Source of the DNA: Eledone cirrhosa
Taxonomy: Eukaryota
Assembly (NCBI GenBank): GCA_964016885.1
Contig: OZ024746.1
Location: 74,524,001-74,588,000, forward strand
Reading direction: 5' to 3'
Length of the DNA: 64,000 nucleotides
Positions 40,600 through 53,194 of this stretch are shown here, piece by piece (the first letter of the stretch is position 1; each line of letters begins with the position of its first letter). Both the position numbers and the translations under genes were made by a program. The notes under the pieces are model-generated. The model saw only the letters and a program-made list of their open reading frames with translations. It was not told the DNA's origin and searched no databases.

Positions 40600-40698
40600 A
40601 TATATATATGTGTGTGTGTGTGTGTATATATATATGTGTGTATGTATATGTGTGTATGTATGTGTGTGTATATGTGTATATACATATGTATGTGTGTG

Positions 40699-40739
<41 letters not shown>

Positions 40740-40944
40740 CCAATGACCGTTGGCAAATCACTGATGAGGGACTCATTTTATAACATGTTATCCATGTGCA
40801 ACCATGCAGTATTCTTCTCCCCATATTTTTCATATATATATATATATAGGTAGTGTGTATGAATCTGTATATATATATATATATATATGTATATGTATGT
40901 ATATATGTATATATGTATATGTGTGTGCGTGCGTGTATATATAC

Positions 40945-40986
<42 letters not shown>

Positions 40987-41320
40987 GTATTAGCTATATG
41001 TATGTAAAGGCAAGATGAGAAATGTTCGTATTCACTTACATGGGGTGATGTATTTATCTACCCGTTTCTGTGCAGCAGTATACGGTTCTGGGTTATAGCT
41101 TATATGTTGATATAATAATGTATATACGCGAGAATATAAATAAGTGCTATAGATATTAATTAAATTATTGGAACCTATACATATATATCAACACAGAAAA
41201 CGATAACGTTAAGTTATTATAACATGAATACACACATATTCACAGACACACGCATACATATGTGTGTGTGTCTGAGTATATGTTTGGATATACGTATATA
41301 TGTATGTATGTGTGTATGTC

Positions 41321-41356
<36 letters not shown>

Positions 41357-41398
41357 TGTGTGTATATGTATAGGTATATGCTTATATATATATATATA

Positions 41399-41455
<57 letters not shown>

Positions 41456-41607
41456 GTATATATTAAAGTGTTAAACAATATTCAATGATTATGTCAAAGA
41501 ATGAGTTTTACAGTAGATTGGAAGCACTCTACGTAAACATAATTGTCCGGGGTTATTAATATTAAAATATAAATATTAATAAAATAGATGTTCTTTTGAT
41601 CAATTAC

Positions 41608-41660
41608 ATTTTATTATACATATTTCGGATGTACAACAGTACGTCCTCGTCAGACAAAAT
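41608..41660 (-). ncRNA. Type I hammerhead (CUGACGA variant)
   Basis: AUUUUGU-CUGACGA-GGACGUAC uguu GUACAUCC-GAAA-UAUGUAUA^AUAAAAU. Confidence 0.85.
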
Positions 41661-41769
41661 ATAATGATACATGACATACCCTGAGATGTTAAATGGTTAA
41701 GATTTAATCATGACTACCTTGGTTAAATCTTAACGATTTAACATCTCAGGGTATGTCATGTATCATTAT

Positions 41770-41822
41770 ATTTTGTCTGATGAGGACGTACTGTTGTACA
41801 TCCGAAATATGTATAATAAAAT
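41770..41822 (+). ncRNA. Type I hammerhead (CUGAUGA)
   Basis: AUUUUGU-CUGAUGA-GGACGUAC uguu GUACAUCC-GAAA-UAUGUAUA^AUAAAAU; related to 1550-1615. Confidence 0.87.
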
Positions 41823-41885
41823 GTAATTGATCAAAAGAACATCTATTTTATTAATATTTATATTTTTATATATATATATATATAA

Positions 41886-42058
<173 letters not shown>

Positions 42059-42384
42059 CTATTTATCAAAATCCCCCACACACACGCAGTCGCATACAAA
42101 TATAAACAGTCTTATATGGTTTTCAACTTAACTGACGCAAATAATCACATATATAACATAAATATATCACACTCAATCCGCACTATACATAACATATTTA
42201 TGCGAACGTGAGTATATACATACGTACATATAAATGCATGCACGTATATATTTACAATACTTCTTTAATAGAAATTCAACACCCCAATACACACACACAT
42301 ATATATATCTAATAAATAAATATATATAATAAATACATATATATATATAATGTATAAAATGTATATATGCATATATATTTATAT

Positions 42385-42577
42385 AATTGTTTCTATTTTT
42401 GGCACAAGGCCAGAAATTAACCAGTGTATTACTGGTACTTTATTTTATTGACCCCGTAAGGATGAAAGGCAAAGTAAACCTCGGCGGGATTTGAACTCAG
42501 AATGACAAGGGCCGTAACTCCATGCGTCAAAGCATGGCGTCCAACCCTCTACCGATACTGCCAATCCCCCGCCCCTT
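42385..42577 (-). mobile_element. Full-length tRNA-SINE
   Basis: Closely similar to 14617-14807. Confidence 0.88.
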
Positions 42578-42604
42578 ATATATATTTATGTAATATCTAT
42601 CTAT

Positions 42605-45466
42605 CTAAGACGGGTAAAATTCCCGAGATCCATGGACGAGTTCTCTCCAGCGGTCTCTGTCCCTCATTATCGCTGCCATGTCCTGTATCTCCAACAGACC
42701 AGTGTCTGTCCTTAGGGCATCAACATACGTTAACCTTGGTCTTCCTCTTCTAGTGTGTCCATGTAGGAGCTCCCAAAGGAGTACTGAGTGCAATGTCAAC
42801 TCTGGATGTCGGTGAGCATGTCCAGCTAACCCCAGTCTCCTCTGTGTCACTTTTGAGCTGACTTTTCGGATGCTCCCATACAGCTCTGAGTTTTTCATCC
42901 TCAGTGTATACTGATTAATGTTCAGAGCCATCCTCGGCATTCTCGTGTAGGACCCATCCACCATCTGAGTGAGTTTCTTGGTCAGTGTCCAAGTCTCAGA
43001 CCCATACAGCAGCACAGACTCCACTACAGCAATGAAAAGGCGGATTTTCAGGTCTCTACGAAGGTCTGACTTCCACACCGATCTCAAGCTGTGGCACGCC
43101 GCCCAGGCCTTGCTCTTCCTCTCAACCACATCATCCTCTGTATTCCCAATCTTTGCTCCCAAATACAGGAAGTCCTCAACCAATTCCAGCGCCTTCCCGC
43201 CTACATTAGTGATCCCCTCTGGCTTCTCAACATTCTCTACCAGATATTTTGTTTTAGTCTCATTCATTCTCAGCCCCACACTCATCGACACAGTCTCAAC
43301 CTCCCGCATCAAATCCTCTGCCCCCTTCACTGTATTTGTCACCAAAACTATGTCGTCGGCAAATTCAGCATCCGATACCTTTTTCGCCCTAACTCTCCTG
43401 CTCTGAGCCGGTGCTACAGTAAAGCCAGAGTCCTGGTGTTTCTCCAGTGCAAGGCGCATACAATAGTGCACCACGATGATAAAAAGGTAGGGAGCCAATG
43501 TATCTCCCTGGAGCACTCCAGCCAGTATCTCAAAGAACTCTGTCATCCCATCAGGTGTAATGACTTGGGCTTTGATGTTGGTGTAGAGCAGTGGTATCAG
43601 GTCCACTATCTTCTTGGGGATTCCATAAGCCTGTAAGATCTTCATCAGGCAGTAACGGTCCACAGAATTAAAGGCCTTCCTAAAGTCAATGAAAACCATG
43701 ACCGCAGGGAGGCACTTTGCTCTAGCTCCCTCTAATATCCTCCTCAGCATCAGGATGGGACTGGTGGTTGATCTACCCTCTCTGAAGCCGTTCTGGTTGT
43801 CCCTGAGCTTCTTCTCCATCTTAGGCTGGATCCTGTTAAGAATCATCCTGTTGAGGGTCTTTGCCACAAGTGACGTCAGTGAGATCCCCCGGTAGTTGTT
43901 GGTGTTAGAGATCCCCCGGTAGTTCTTTGGCACTGGGACGATGTTACTGATCCTCCGCTGATTCGGGGCAACTCCTTTCTCCAGTGCCCCGTTACAGAAC
44001 CCCAGGATGATATCATCAAAATCACACCTCTTCATCACCTCTGATGCCACTCCATCTTCTCCATGAGCCTTGCCCTCCTTGATCCTCTTCTTGGCTCTCT
44101 GAAGCTCCTCTCTGGTGAAGGGCTCTGTCTCAACATCCAGTTCCTCAAACAGCCGCCTGATCTCCCCAGTGCTCTGGGCTGTGGAGGGTAGCTCTCCTAG
44201 TAGGGTCCTAAAATGGTCTAGCCATTTCCTCTTCCTATCCTCGGGCCCCGTTCCCTGGATCTGACTCGAACACCTTCTCTTCCTCCCTGTGATCTCGTTG
44301 ATCATCATCCAGCTCTCCTTACATCCAGATCTGTCAACCGCTCTCTCCACACTTCTGATCTTCTCTATCAGTGCCTCCTCCCTGACCTCAGTGTAAGCGG
44401 TACAGAGCTCTTCCCTCATCACCTCCACAGTCTCCATCCTCTCCTCCGTAGGATCAGCATAGAATTGGTCCCTGGCAGCTCTCAGGTGTTCTCTGGCTGC
44501 ACACACTTTTGGGTTTGCAGAGCTGACGTGCTTCCCTTTGTTCTTTTTCCTCGGCACCAGGGTTTCACTTGCTTCCGCCACTGCATTGGTGAAGTGCCCG
44601 TACCTCCTCGTCACACTCTCCTCAGTCCATCCAATCTCTCTCTCCTCCGACTCTCCACACAGAGCACTAAACCTGTTTCTCACTTCCACTGTGAACCTCT
44701 CCTGTAGCTTATCATCTTCCTTGAAAGCTCCCCAGTCATAGATTGTTCTCCGGGGCTGAGCCTTGCTCTTTCTTAAGCTCACGCGGACCTCACTCACAAC
44801 AAGCCGGTGGTCACTACCCAGTGTACTGAAATAGCTGTATGGTTCCGTGTTCAGAACACTATTCCGCCACTTTTTCCTCACCAGAATGAAATCAATCTGG
44901 GACTTGGACAGGTGCATATCTGAGATGTAGGTCCACATCTTCCCCAGATTCTTCCTAAACCTTAGGTTGTTCGCCATCAAGTTCGCCTCCAGCAGGGTGT
45001 CTCTCAGTAGTCTTCCATTTCGGTTGGTGTTGTTATGGAAGTACCAGCAAGGATCTTCACTGCCCTCCTTACTCAGATGTGCATTGAAGTCCCCCGAAAC
45101 AAGCAGGATATTGTGTGCCTGAGTGGTGTTGACAGCTCTACACACCTCCTCATGGAACTCTTCCGCATTCACATCACTATCCCCCTCGGTTGGACTATAG
45201 GCTGAGATGACTGTCAGTCTTGGGTTTCCATTGAAGGTCACCCTCAACACTCGCGGGGACATAGGCATTATTTCCCTCACCAACAGATTGGTTTTTGCAC
45301 TGAACACAAAACCCACTCCTCCTACTGCAGTATTTGTTGTATTCTTCACTGCCGATGTAGTGATGAGCTGGCTCTTCTTCCCAATCATCACACTCCTCAC
45401 GGGCTCATCGTGTAGAATCCTGTGTTCTTGGATCGCAAGTATCTGTATACCACTCTCCTCGAACAT
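42605..45466 (-). CDS. RTE-clade LINE ORF (AP endonuclease plus reverse transcriptase), 953 aa, 5'-truncated
   Basis: APE motifs ILAIQEHR, SAYSPT, GDFNAH, SQIDFILV, SDHRLV. RT motifs NYRGISL, QNGFREGRST, FIDFRKAF, GVLQGDTLAPYLF, EFADDI, FLYLG. RTE C-terminus LLYGSETW, AGHAHRH, GRPRLTYVD. (TAGA)n tail. Confidence 0.95.
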   Translation of the reverse strand: MFEESGIQILAIQEHRILHDEPVRSVMIGKKSQLITTSAVKNTTNTAVGGVGFVFSAKTNLLVREIMPMSPRVLRVTFNGNPRLTVISAYSPTEGDSDVNAEEFHEEVCRAVNTTQAHNILLVSGDFNAHLSKEGSEDPCWYFHNNTNRNGRLLRDTLLEANLMANNLRFRKNLGKMWTYISDMHLSKSQIDFILVRKKWRNSVLNTEPYSYFSTLGSDHRLVVSEVRVSLRKSKAQPRRTIYDWGAFKEDDKLQERFTVEVRNRFSALCGESEEREIGWTEESVTRRYGHFTNAVAEASETLVPRKKNKGKHVSSANPKVCAAREHLRAARDQFYADPTEERMETVEVMREELCTAYTEVREEALIEKIRSVERAVDRSGCKESWMMINEITGRKRRCSSQIQGTGPEDRKRKWLDHFRTLLGELPSTAQSTGEIRRLFEELDVETEPFTREELQRAKKRIKEGKAHGEDGVASEVMKRCDFDDIILGFCNGALEKGVAPNQRRISNIVPVPKNYRGISNTNNYRGISLTSLVAKTLNRMILNRIQPKMEKKLRDNQNGFREGRSTTSPILMLRRILEGARAKCLPAVMVFIDFRKAFNSVDRYCLMKILQAYGIPKKIVDLIPLLYTNIKAQVITPDGMTEFFEILAGVLQGDTLAPYLFIIVVHYCMRLALEKHQDSGFTVAPAQSRRVRAKKVSDAEFADDIVLVTNTVKGAEDLMREVETVSMSVGLRMNETKTKYLVENVEKPEGITNVGGKALELVEDFLYLGAKIGNTEDDVVERKSKAWAACHSLRSVWKSDLRRDLKIRLFIAVVESVLLYGSETWTLTKKLTQMVDGSYTRMPRMALNINQYTLRMKNSELYGSIRKVSSKVTQRRLGLAGHAHRHPELTLHSVLLWELLHGHTRRGRPRLTYVDALRTDTGLLEIQDMAAIMRDRDRWRELVHGSREFYPS

Positions 45467-45730
45467 ATAAATATGATATATGTAATATATAAATATATAT
45501 AAATATATAATATATAAAATATATATAAGGTATATAATATATATATATAATATATGTATATATAAAGTATATATAATATATATATATATATAAAATATAT
45601 ATATATATAATATATATTATATATATATATATATGAAGGAGTGTGAGAAAGTGTGAGATTGTATGTACACTTATATTTTCATATACTCAGAAATCTGTGT
45701 GGATTACATTCCCAAAAATATATTGTTTTA

Positions 45731-45794
<64 letters not shown>

Positions 45795-46552
45795 TGTGGT
45801 TGTATGTGTGTGTGTGTTTGTGTGTTTGCATATGTGTATATGTTTTTATAACTCATAATACACGCACATATACAAAGGCATTGACAGACACACACACAAA
45901 CACTTACGCACAACATGCTCAACTTACATTGTAGATTGAGGCAGAAGATAAAACAAGATTGTGGAAAGCAGGCTTATGTTACATACATATACATACACAC
46001 ATGCATAGACACATATATACATAAACAAACACACATGCATACAAAAACTTACAAGCATACATACCCAATAATATTCATAATCACATTGTACATAAAAACA
46101 TATACACGCATATTAACACAATCGATATTTATTTCAGCATAAAACTTATGCCTGGAGCCATATTTTGCTGCGAGGTGTGTTTATTTGATTTTTATTTTTA
46201 TCATACATAGAAAGCTTAAAATTATACATTTTAACTATAGCCTTTGTTGTTGAATGTTATCAAGACGTTTTTGCACATTTTTATTTGACTACATCTTCCA
46301 TTTACTACACAGTAAATAACTTGAGGCTATAGCAGGACTTAACAAACATGTTTCCTCCCCCCCCCCCCTCACAAAATACATGTTCGTTAATTTGTTTGGC
46401 TTTAACATTTTGCGAGATAGATTTCTTACACTTTCATTTCTCATGTCGCTATTCTGTTGATGTGTGTATGCATGTGTGTGTGTTTATATTTTTCTTCATT
46501 TTGTTTTCGTTTTCATTTTCCCCAATCTTTCCCCCACTTCATCTTCGTTTCC

Positions 46553-46618
<66 letters not shown>

Positions 46619-46769
46619 CCTGGTAACTTCACGTGGAGTTGGAGGACCGCCGTTCTGCTGTCCTGTGTGTCTTGAGCATTTTAAACTTGGTAGATCTCAT
46701 CTCTCTCTCAAGATTTGATCAATTTGATCATCACCTCCAGAGAAAGAAAGTAGGAGAGACAGTGAAAAA

Positions 46770-46922
46770 TCTACCACAATACAGGACTTGTACTTTTATC
46801 GACCTTGAAACCATGAAACCAAATTTGAGTATGGCGTGATTTGAACTCAAAGAGCAACGAATTTGAAATAATACCGCAAAGCATCCTATACGACGTTTTA
46901 GCAACTCTACTAATTCGCTGCC
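46770..46922 (-). mobile_element. Degenerate tRNA-SINE
   Basis: TTTTATCGACC...GATTTGAACTCA...AATACCGCAAAGCAT. Confidence 0.6.
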
Positions 46923-47004
46923 TGTGTTTTGTTCTTTGAAATTTTTCATGTGTACTTAGATGTCACTTAGATGTATCAGTGAGTAAACATGAGAAACTTC
47001 AGAG

Positions 47005-47400
47005 TTATTTAACGCCATCATCTGTGACTCTTTGAGCACTTCCACCTGTGCGGCTTTTCCACCTTCCTCAATATCCGCTGGAGTAACTTTGTTACCGAAC
47101 ACAGGTCTTTAAAATAGCAGATAATGTCAAAATCGAGAGCATGCCGTGAAAGACACAGTTGCACCGGGCAGGACAAATTTCCCGGTTGGAAAATCACTAA
47201 CTGCTGAAGAGAGTGCTTGAAATCTGAAATCTCCACCGCTCAAAGTAACAGACGTTCACCGAAGAAATGGAATAAGAGCATACAGGAGAAACCTCATTAA
47301 GTGTGTCAGATTCACTATTGGTAGTGGTTTGATGTATCCCCTAACTGTGACTTGTTGACACTTTATTCACCAGTCTATTCTCCGAGTATGCATGCAGTCC
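47005..47400 (+). pseudogene. Decayed RTE/BovB-like LINE C-terminal fragment
   Basis: RHHL*LFEHFHLCGFSTFLNIRWSNFVT.. IESMP*KTQLHRAGQISRLENH*LLK (cf. RLLERFHQRCLR.ILNI.W...KTQLRWAGHV.RMEDHRLPK). Confidence 0.65.
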
Positions 47401-48411
47401 TGATGTTAAGGACAAAAGGAGTTGAATGAAGAAATGCAGCATAGTTATGCCTTCCCCAGAACATAATATCCCTTGCAGACGCTGCAGCAGGGTCTGGCTA
47501 CGCTTAGTACTTTGCTCAGATCAGACACGAAAAGCCCTGTAATAGATCTGGACAGCCCAGCTTCATAAATTTTCATTAGAGAAGTCAAGCCATGAGATAT
47601 GTGTCATATTTTCGTTACTTAGTTCTTGAAAAGAGGAATGATTTGAAGTATTTATATTTCCTATCTGTCGGCCCATACCATCAGTAGTTTACACGGATTC
47701 TATTGTTTAATTAAACATTAAATAATTCAATAAACGAAAAAAATGTCTAAAAATGTCTAAGAATATTAATAGGCAAATATGGAGTTCGATTAAATCGATC
47801 GTACCCTTTATTAGATAAAATCATGTTGATTAAATAAAATATTAGATATAATATATTTTATTAAATACAATAACGTTATTATATAAAATATGTTGCATAA
47901 AATGATTTTATTACAGCAAATATATGTTTCTTATATAAGATATTTCTATATTAAATTAATTCCTTTATTTCTACGATGTTTTGATAATTTGAGAAATATA
48001 TGTAAACTGTCAGTAAATATACATAAAGTTTGTTTGTTAATAAGGAATTAATAACAGAAATGGTAAAAATTCTACACTACGTGGTTTCTGGGATTTAGCA
48101 GCCTTTCGATACATAATGAAATTCAGATCCAGCAACAGCGGAGCTTGTCTTCACTGAAATGAAGTGCTAGTCAAGTACTCGGTTCGATTCCATTAATCGT
48201 ATCCCTGCAATCTATAGCCATGATCTAAAGTTAAAGATCACAGACAAGAAAACCACCCTTCATCTTGGAAATGTTGAGCCAGCCGCTTGCCCTGCTAAAG
48301 ACGGCAGTAAAAAAAGAAAAATACATTATAAAAGTAGGGTAGCCTTTGTTATGATGATAGGCATGCTTGACCAGGATTCACCAATATAAATAACCTCGTG
48401 AATAGGTGTTT

Positions 48412-48514
<103 letters not shown>

Positions 48515-48515
48515 T

Positions 48516-48541
<26 letters not shown>

Positions 48542-48546
<5 letters not shown>

Positions 48547-48737
48547 ACATTCAGGACTCCGACAGCTTAGCTCCGTCCGTTTCGACAGCTAGATCCGAGT
48601 TTGGATCTAGCTGTCGAAACGGCCGAAGCTCAGACACCGGGGTCCTGAATCTTTTCATATTACCCACTCTACTATCCCAAGTATCGAGTACTCTGGTGGG
48701 TTATGGTCCATCTGGTATTTTACCATACCCTTTCTGA
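48542..48737 (+). mobile_element. Hairpin-plus-tail mini-element, copy 2
   Basis: Imperfect palindrome around CCGTTTCGACAGCTAGATCC gagttt GGATCTAGCTGTCGAAACGG, then tail TATTACCCACTCTACTATCCCAAGTATCGAGTACTCTGGTGGGTTATGGTCCATCTGG. Confidence 0.8.
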
Positions 48738-51344
48738 TATATATACACAATGTGTGTGTGTATAAATACGTCTTCTCTTTTTGAGATTTAAGTTCTATTT
48801 CACAAAATGCCTGCCGGCCTCTAAGTGACAATATTGATTCCAGATATTTCTGAAAATATGAGAAATTTAATGGGTGCCTGTATGTTCGCATTCAGATAAT
48901 ACATTAGTCGCTAGTACACAAATAACTGTGTGTATTAAGTATGCACATATGTGACTGTAGATGTATCTTCATTATCTGAATATCGACTGAATATTATTTT
49001 AAATGTTTTCCAAATTATTCGCTGTACTATTAATCGAAAGCATTTGGGCGATGCGGTCTAATGTTCTCCCTCCGACTATTCATGGGGAAAAGGTCTGCAT
49101 TTTAAGATTTTATGTAAATATGTTGTTACATAGACTAGTACTTTTATGATGAGAGGTAGACGGGAAAGGCTACAGCCAAGAGAAAAGAGTTGTGGGTTCA
49201 GAATTAGCGTATCAAAGTTATCTTTTTTCTTCAGAATAGACATTGACATCTGCTCGGCAGTTAACTTCTATACAGAACATGGCTATTGATCATGTCCCAT
49301 AGAACATTGTCAGTTCGGTTGTTGCGAGTTTACCTACTGTTTTTCTTTTTCAGAGGTGTAGATGTACTCTCGTTCTGGTATGCCTTATGGATTACGACCA
49401 GAACAAATCCTCCCGCGGAAAGTAAAATTTGTAGATTGTTTTGACATATACTGAGCCATAACTTTCATTCTGGCATGATACAGTCATCTTTTACGATTAC
49501 AACAGGGTTTCTTGGGAGCATCCCCATCTCCTTTATTGATCTCTTTTATTCCCGTTCTTTAATAGCAAAGGCATGTCGCTCTATTCGGACTGTCCTTCTG
49601 CCACTGTTTCTAGTCAGTTGCTTAACATATATCTTGTCTTAATCACTGCTGAAGTAAAAGTTACCAGGGCTGTTGGTTACTGTCTTAAAATTGTCCACGC
49701 TATGGATTTCTTCAGGTTTTCAGCTCCGTAGCCCAAATGTTGTTACTGACAAAAGTATAATGGCATATGGTCTGATTTCTTTATTTTCCGAAGTCTGCTG
49801 AACCAATATATAAAATATTCTCAACATTTCCAAAATATTGCAATTAAAATTTGGACTATTTACTACATTTACTAGTGTTAATCTATTAAAACGCCCGTTA
49901 GATCCAGCCACAGTGGCACGCTATGTTGAAGAACATTCCTCTTACTTAATATGTTCGGTATGGAGATGCGCAAATATATGGCCCGCAGCACTATCTAAAT
50001 ATACTTGGCATCGGGAATATACTATCATCGTTCATTCTCATCATGTATTTTATTCCTAGATGTACCAGTAGCTTAACCGATGAAAGCGTTATCGCAAGTC
50101 GTGTAGGAATAAATGTTCGTAGTTCAAATCAAGTTTTTATTATAAGAATATCTTGTCATCTGACATGTCACTTGATGACGATCATGTATTAATCATATCT
50201 AAAGTTAATGTAGATGTAAATTCCGTGAAAAATATATTTCATCATTAACAATCAGAAACATTATATGATATTTCTCCTAATAAGATGGAGACATTATTGA
50301 GTTGAATAGAGTATTTTGCGCTATTTTTCCCGCTCTCTGTTTTCTGGGATTAAAACCCGCCGAGGTCAAAATTATATTCTGTCTTTCTCGGATCGATAAA
50401 GTACAATTTAAATACTGGTTAATTGGCAGAATAGTTAGTGTCGAACGAAATTCCTTGTGGTATCTCTTCCGGGTGTATCTCTTTTATTTTGATTTTGAAT
50501 TCTAACTAGGTTACGGTGACCAAGATAGCTAGAACTAATCGCTCAACAAAGAGAGATCCGTGTTCAAACCACAATTGGCTAACTTGGACAAGCAAGTATA
50601 CAATAATCATAGGTGGACTTACAAAGACAGAATGAATTTGCATGCAAGAGAAGTGATCTTTATAGAGTCATTAGAGCGTTAGACAAAATGTGCTGTATTT
50701 CTTCTGGGTCTTTGCGTGATCAGTTACATTTTGCAAAGATAACTTTGCCTCTCATTCTTTTGGATTCCATGTAATATAGTACAAGCCCAGCGTGGATGAT
50801 TGACGGAATTTCTAGTGGAAGGCTAAATGCCTTGTTGAACCTCTTCTCGCTTTCCACTTGGCGTTCTGAGTTCAAATTCTATCTTGACTTCGATCGATGT
50901 CCCGGATAACTACTGCTAATCTCCTGATCACTGTAGTATTATGCCCAAACCGCAATTGATCAGTATTGACAAGTAGGGCTACAAATAGTGGAGATAAGCC
51001 GGTAACGGCATGGCATGGTTTCTTACAATCGAAAATATTTGAATTAAAAATGGTAAAAATGTGTTGGTACGAAGAGAAAAAGAAACAACGATAAAACATC
51101 CGAATAATAGTAATCCTTGCAGATAAAACACAGGGAAAATACAAAACAAACTTGTCAACATAAGAAACAAAGAGACGCTAAACTTCATGTCGCTGTTGTT
51201 AGAATTAATCTCGACATTGTAAAAGACAAGAAGAGAACATGATACTATAATCAATTTGGCGCTGGGATATTCATGATACAATTAACGTAGTGCACGATAC
51301 ATTAATTAATTCTATGTTGAAGCTGAGGTATTTCCGTGTTTTTC

Positions 51345-51404
<60 letters not shown>

Positions 51405-51557
51405 CTTTGTTTGCTTAGGTCATTATCACTACTACAATTATTTTTAGGGTTATTATTAATATTGTTTTATTATTATGATGATGATGGCAATCATTATTAT
51501 TTGTAGTAGTAGTAGTAGTAGTAGTAGTAGTAAAATTTCCATTGTTAATATTGTCTC

Positions 51558-51593
<36 letters not shown>

Positions 51594-51638
51594 ACTAATA
51601 ATATTGAAGCTATTATCAACATCAACATAAATATTGTC

Positions 51639-51671
<33 letters not shown>

Positions 51672-51695
51672 TAATCATCATCATTATCCTCATCG

Positions 51696-51748
<53 letters not shown>

Positions 51749-51945
51749 GATGGTTTTATCGTTGTTGCTACTAATATTGACACTTATCTTACTCATCATC
51801 AACAATTGTTATTATCATCAATATTAATCTTATTAATATTGTTATTATTATTATTATTATTATTATTAATATTATTATTATTGAAACCATTATTGATATT
51901 ATTATTTTTATCATTATTAATACTTTTACTATTATCATTATTATT
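51345..51945. repeat. (GTT)n/(TAG)n/(TAT)n trinucleotide field
   Basis: Directly visible. Confidence 0.85.
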
Positions 51946-52231
51946 AAGTGAGTCGCTCGATTAGCAACTTGTAGAGACTATTAATTGCTGATCGGCCGAT
52001 AACAAGCCTTTCAGGGAAGCAGATTTGCTTTTTTCTGTTGTTGTTGAAACAAATCAGCCTTTTAATTTTTCTTCATTGTACAACGTCCCACCCCTCCGCC
52101 ATCATGAACAGACACGGTAACTGCAACTCCAATATCGACGGCAATAACGTCACAAACGACTTGTATCGTCGTCGCGATAGATGTCAACGTCATTATTATC
52201 GTCATTATTATCGTCATTATTATCGTCATCC

Positions 52232-52428
52232 AAGGGCGGTGGATTGGCAGTATCGGTAGAGAGTCGGACACCATGCTTTGAAGCATAGAGTTACGTCCCT
52301 TTATGATTTGAGTTCAAACCCCGCCGAGGTTAACTTTGCCTTTCATCCTTACGGGGTCGATAAAATAAAGTACCAGTAATACACTGGTATAATTGCTGGC
52401 CTTGTGCCAAAAGTAGAAATAATTATTA
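52232..52428 (+). mobile_element. Full-length tRNA-SINE
   Basis: AAGGGCGGTGGATTGGCAGTATCGGTAGA...GAGTTCAAACC...core...(ATT)n tail. Confidence 0.88.
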
Positions 52429-52637
52429 TTGTCATTACCCTCAACATGATCAAGAACGCCATCCCCATAATCTCCCTTCATCAGCTTCGCCATCATCTTC
52501 CTCTTCTTCGTCGTCGACGTCGTTATCATCGTTATCGTTATCATCACCATCACCATCGTTATCAGTATAATCACCACCCTTATCAACTTAACCAACAACA
52601 TAATCATCATATTCATCATTATCATCATCATCATCAT

Positions 52638-52833
52638 AAGGCGGTGGATTGGCAGTATCGGTAGAGCGTCGGATGCCATGCTTTGAAGCATAGTAGAGTT
52701 ACCTCCCTGTATGATCTGAGTTCGAATCCCGCCGAAGTTAACTTTGTCTTTCATCCTTACCGGGTCGATAAAATAAAGTACCAGTAATGCACTGGGGTAA
52801 TTACTGGCCTTGTGCCAAAAGTAGAAACAATTA
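52638..52833 (+). mobile_element. Full-length tRNA-SINE
   Basis: Same family, inserted in a (CAT)n field. Confidence 0.88.
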
Positions 52834-52856
52834 TCATCATCATCATCATCATCATA

Positions 52857-52893
<37 letters not shown>

Positions 52894-53194
52894 CCATCCT
52901 CATCATTATCGTCGTCATTGTCATTGTTATCGTCATCATCATCATTGACATAGTCGTAAGCATCTTTGTGATTCGTGTTTCTCATTAAAAACATTAACCA
53001 CATCGTCGTCGTAATCATCATCACCATTAACCCCCATCACCATCATCACCAGCATCATCATCACCATTAACCCCATCCTCACCATCATCCCCATCATCAT
53101 CATCAACATCGTTACTAACACCACCCACCTTAAATCTGCCATTTACCTGAATTGGTAATTCTCTTACTTCCTTTCTTTTGCTTCCTATTTTACT

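Larger units (their letters stand above)
41461..41866. mobile_element. Fold-back mini-element: ~147-bp inverted repeat with a hammerhead in each arm, plus a left-hand tail
   Basis: Arms 41564-41710 and 41720-41866 around a 9-nt spacer; tail 41461-41563; (TA)n flanks. Confidence 0.87.

Noticed and set aside
40759-40770. Isolated CTGATGAG, and similarly CTGAGGA at ~12491 and CTGAAGA at ~4435
   Set aside because: No stem II followed by GAAA downstream, so not called as hammerheads.
42969-45470. Plus-strand ORFs overlapping the RTE ORF
   Set aside because: Antisense shadows of a GC-richer coding sequence, with no recognisable motifs.
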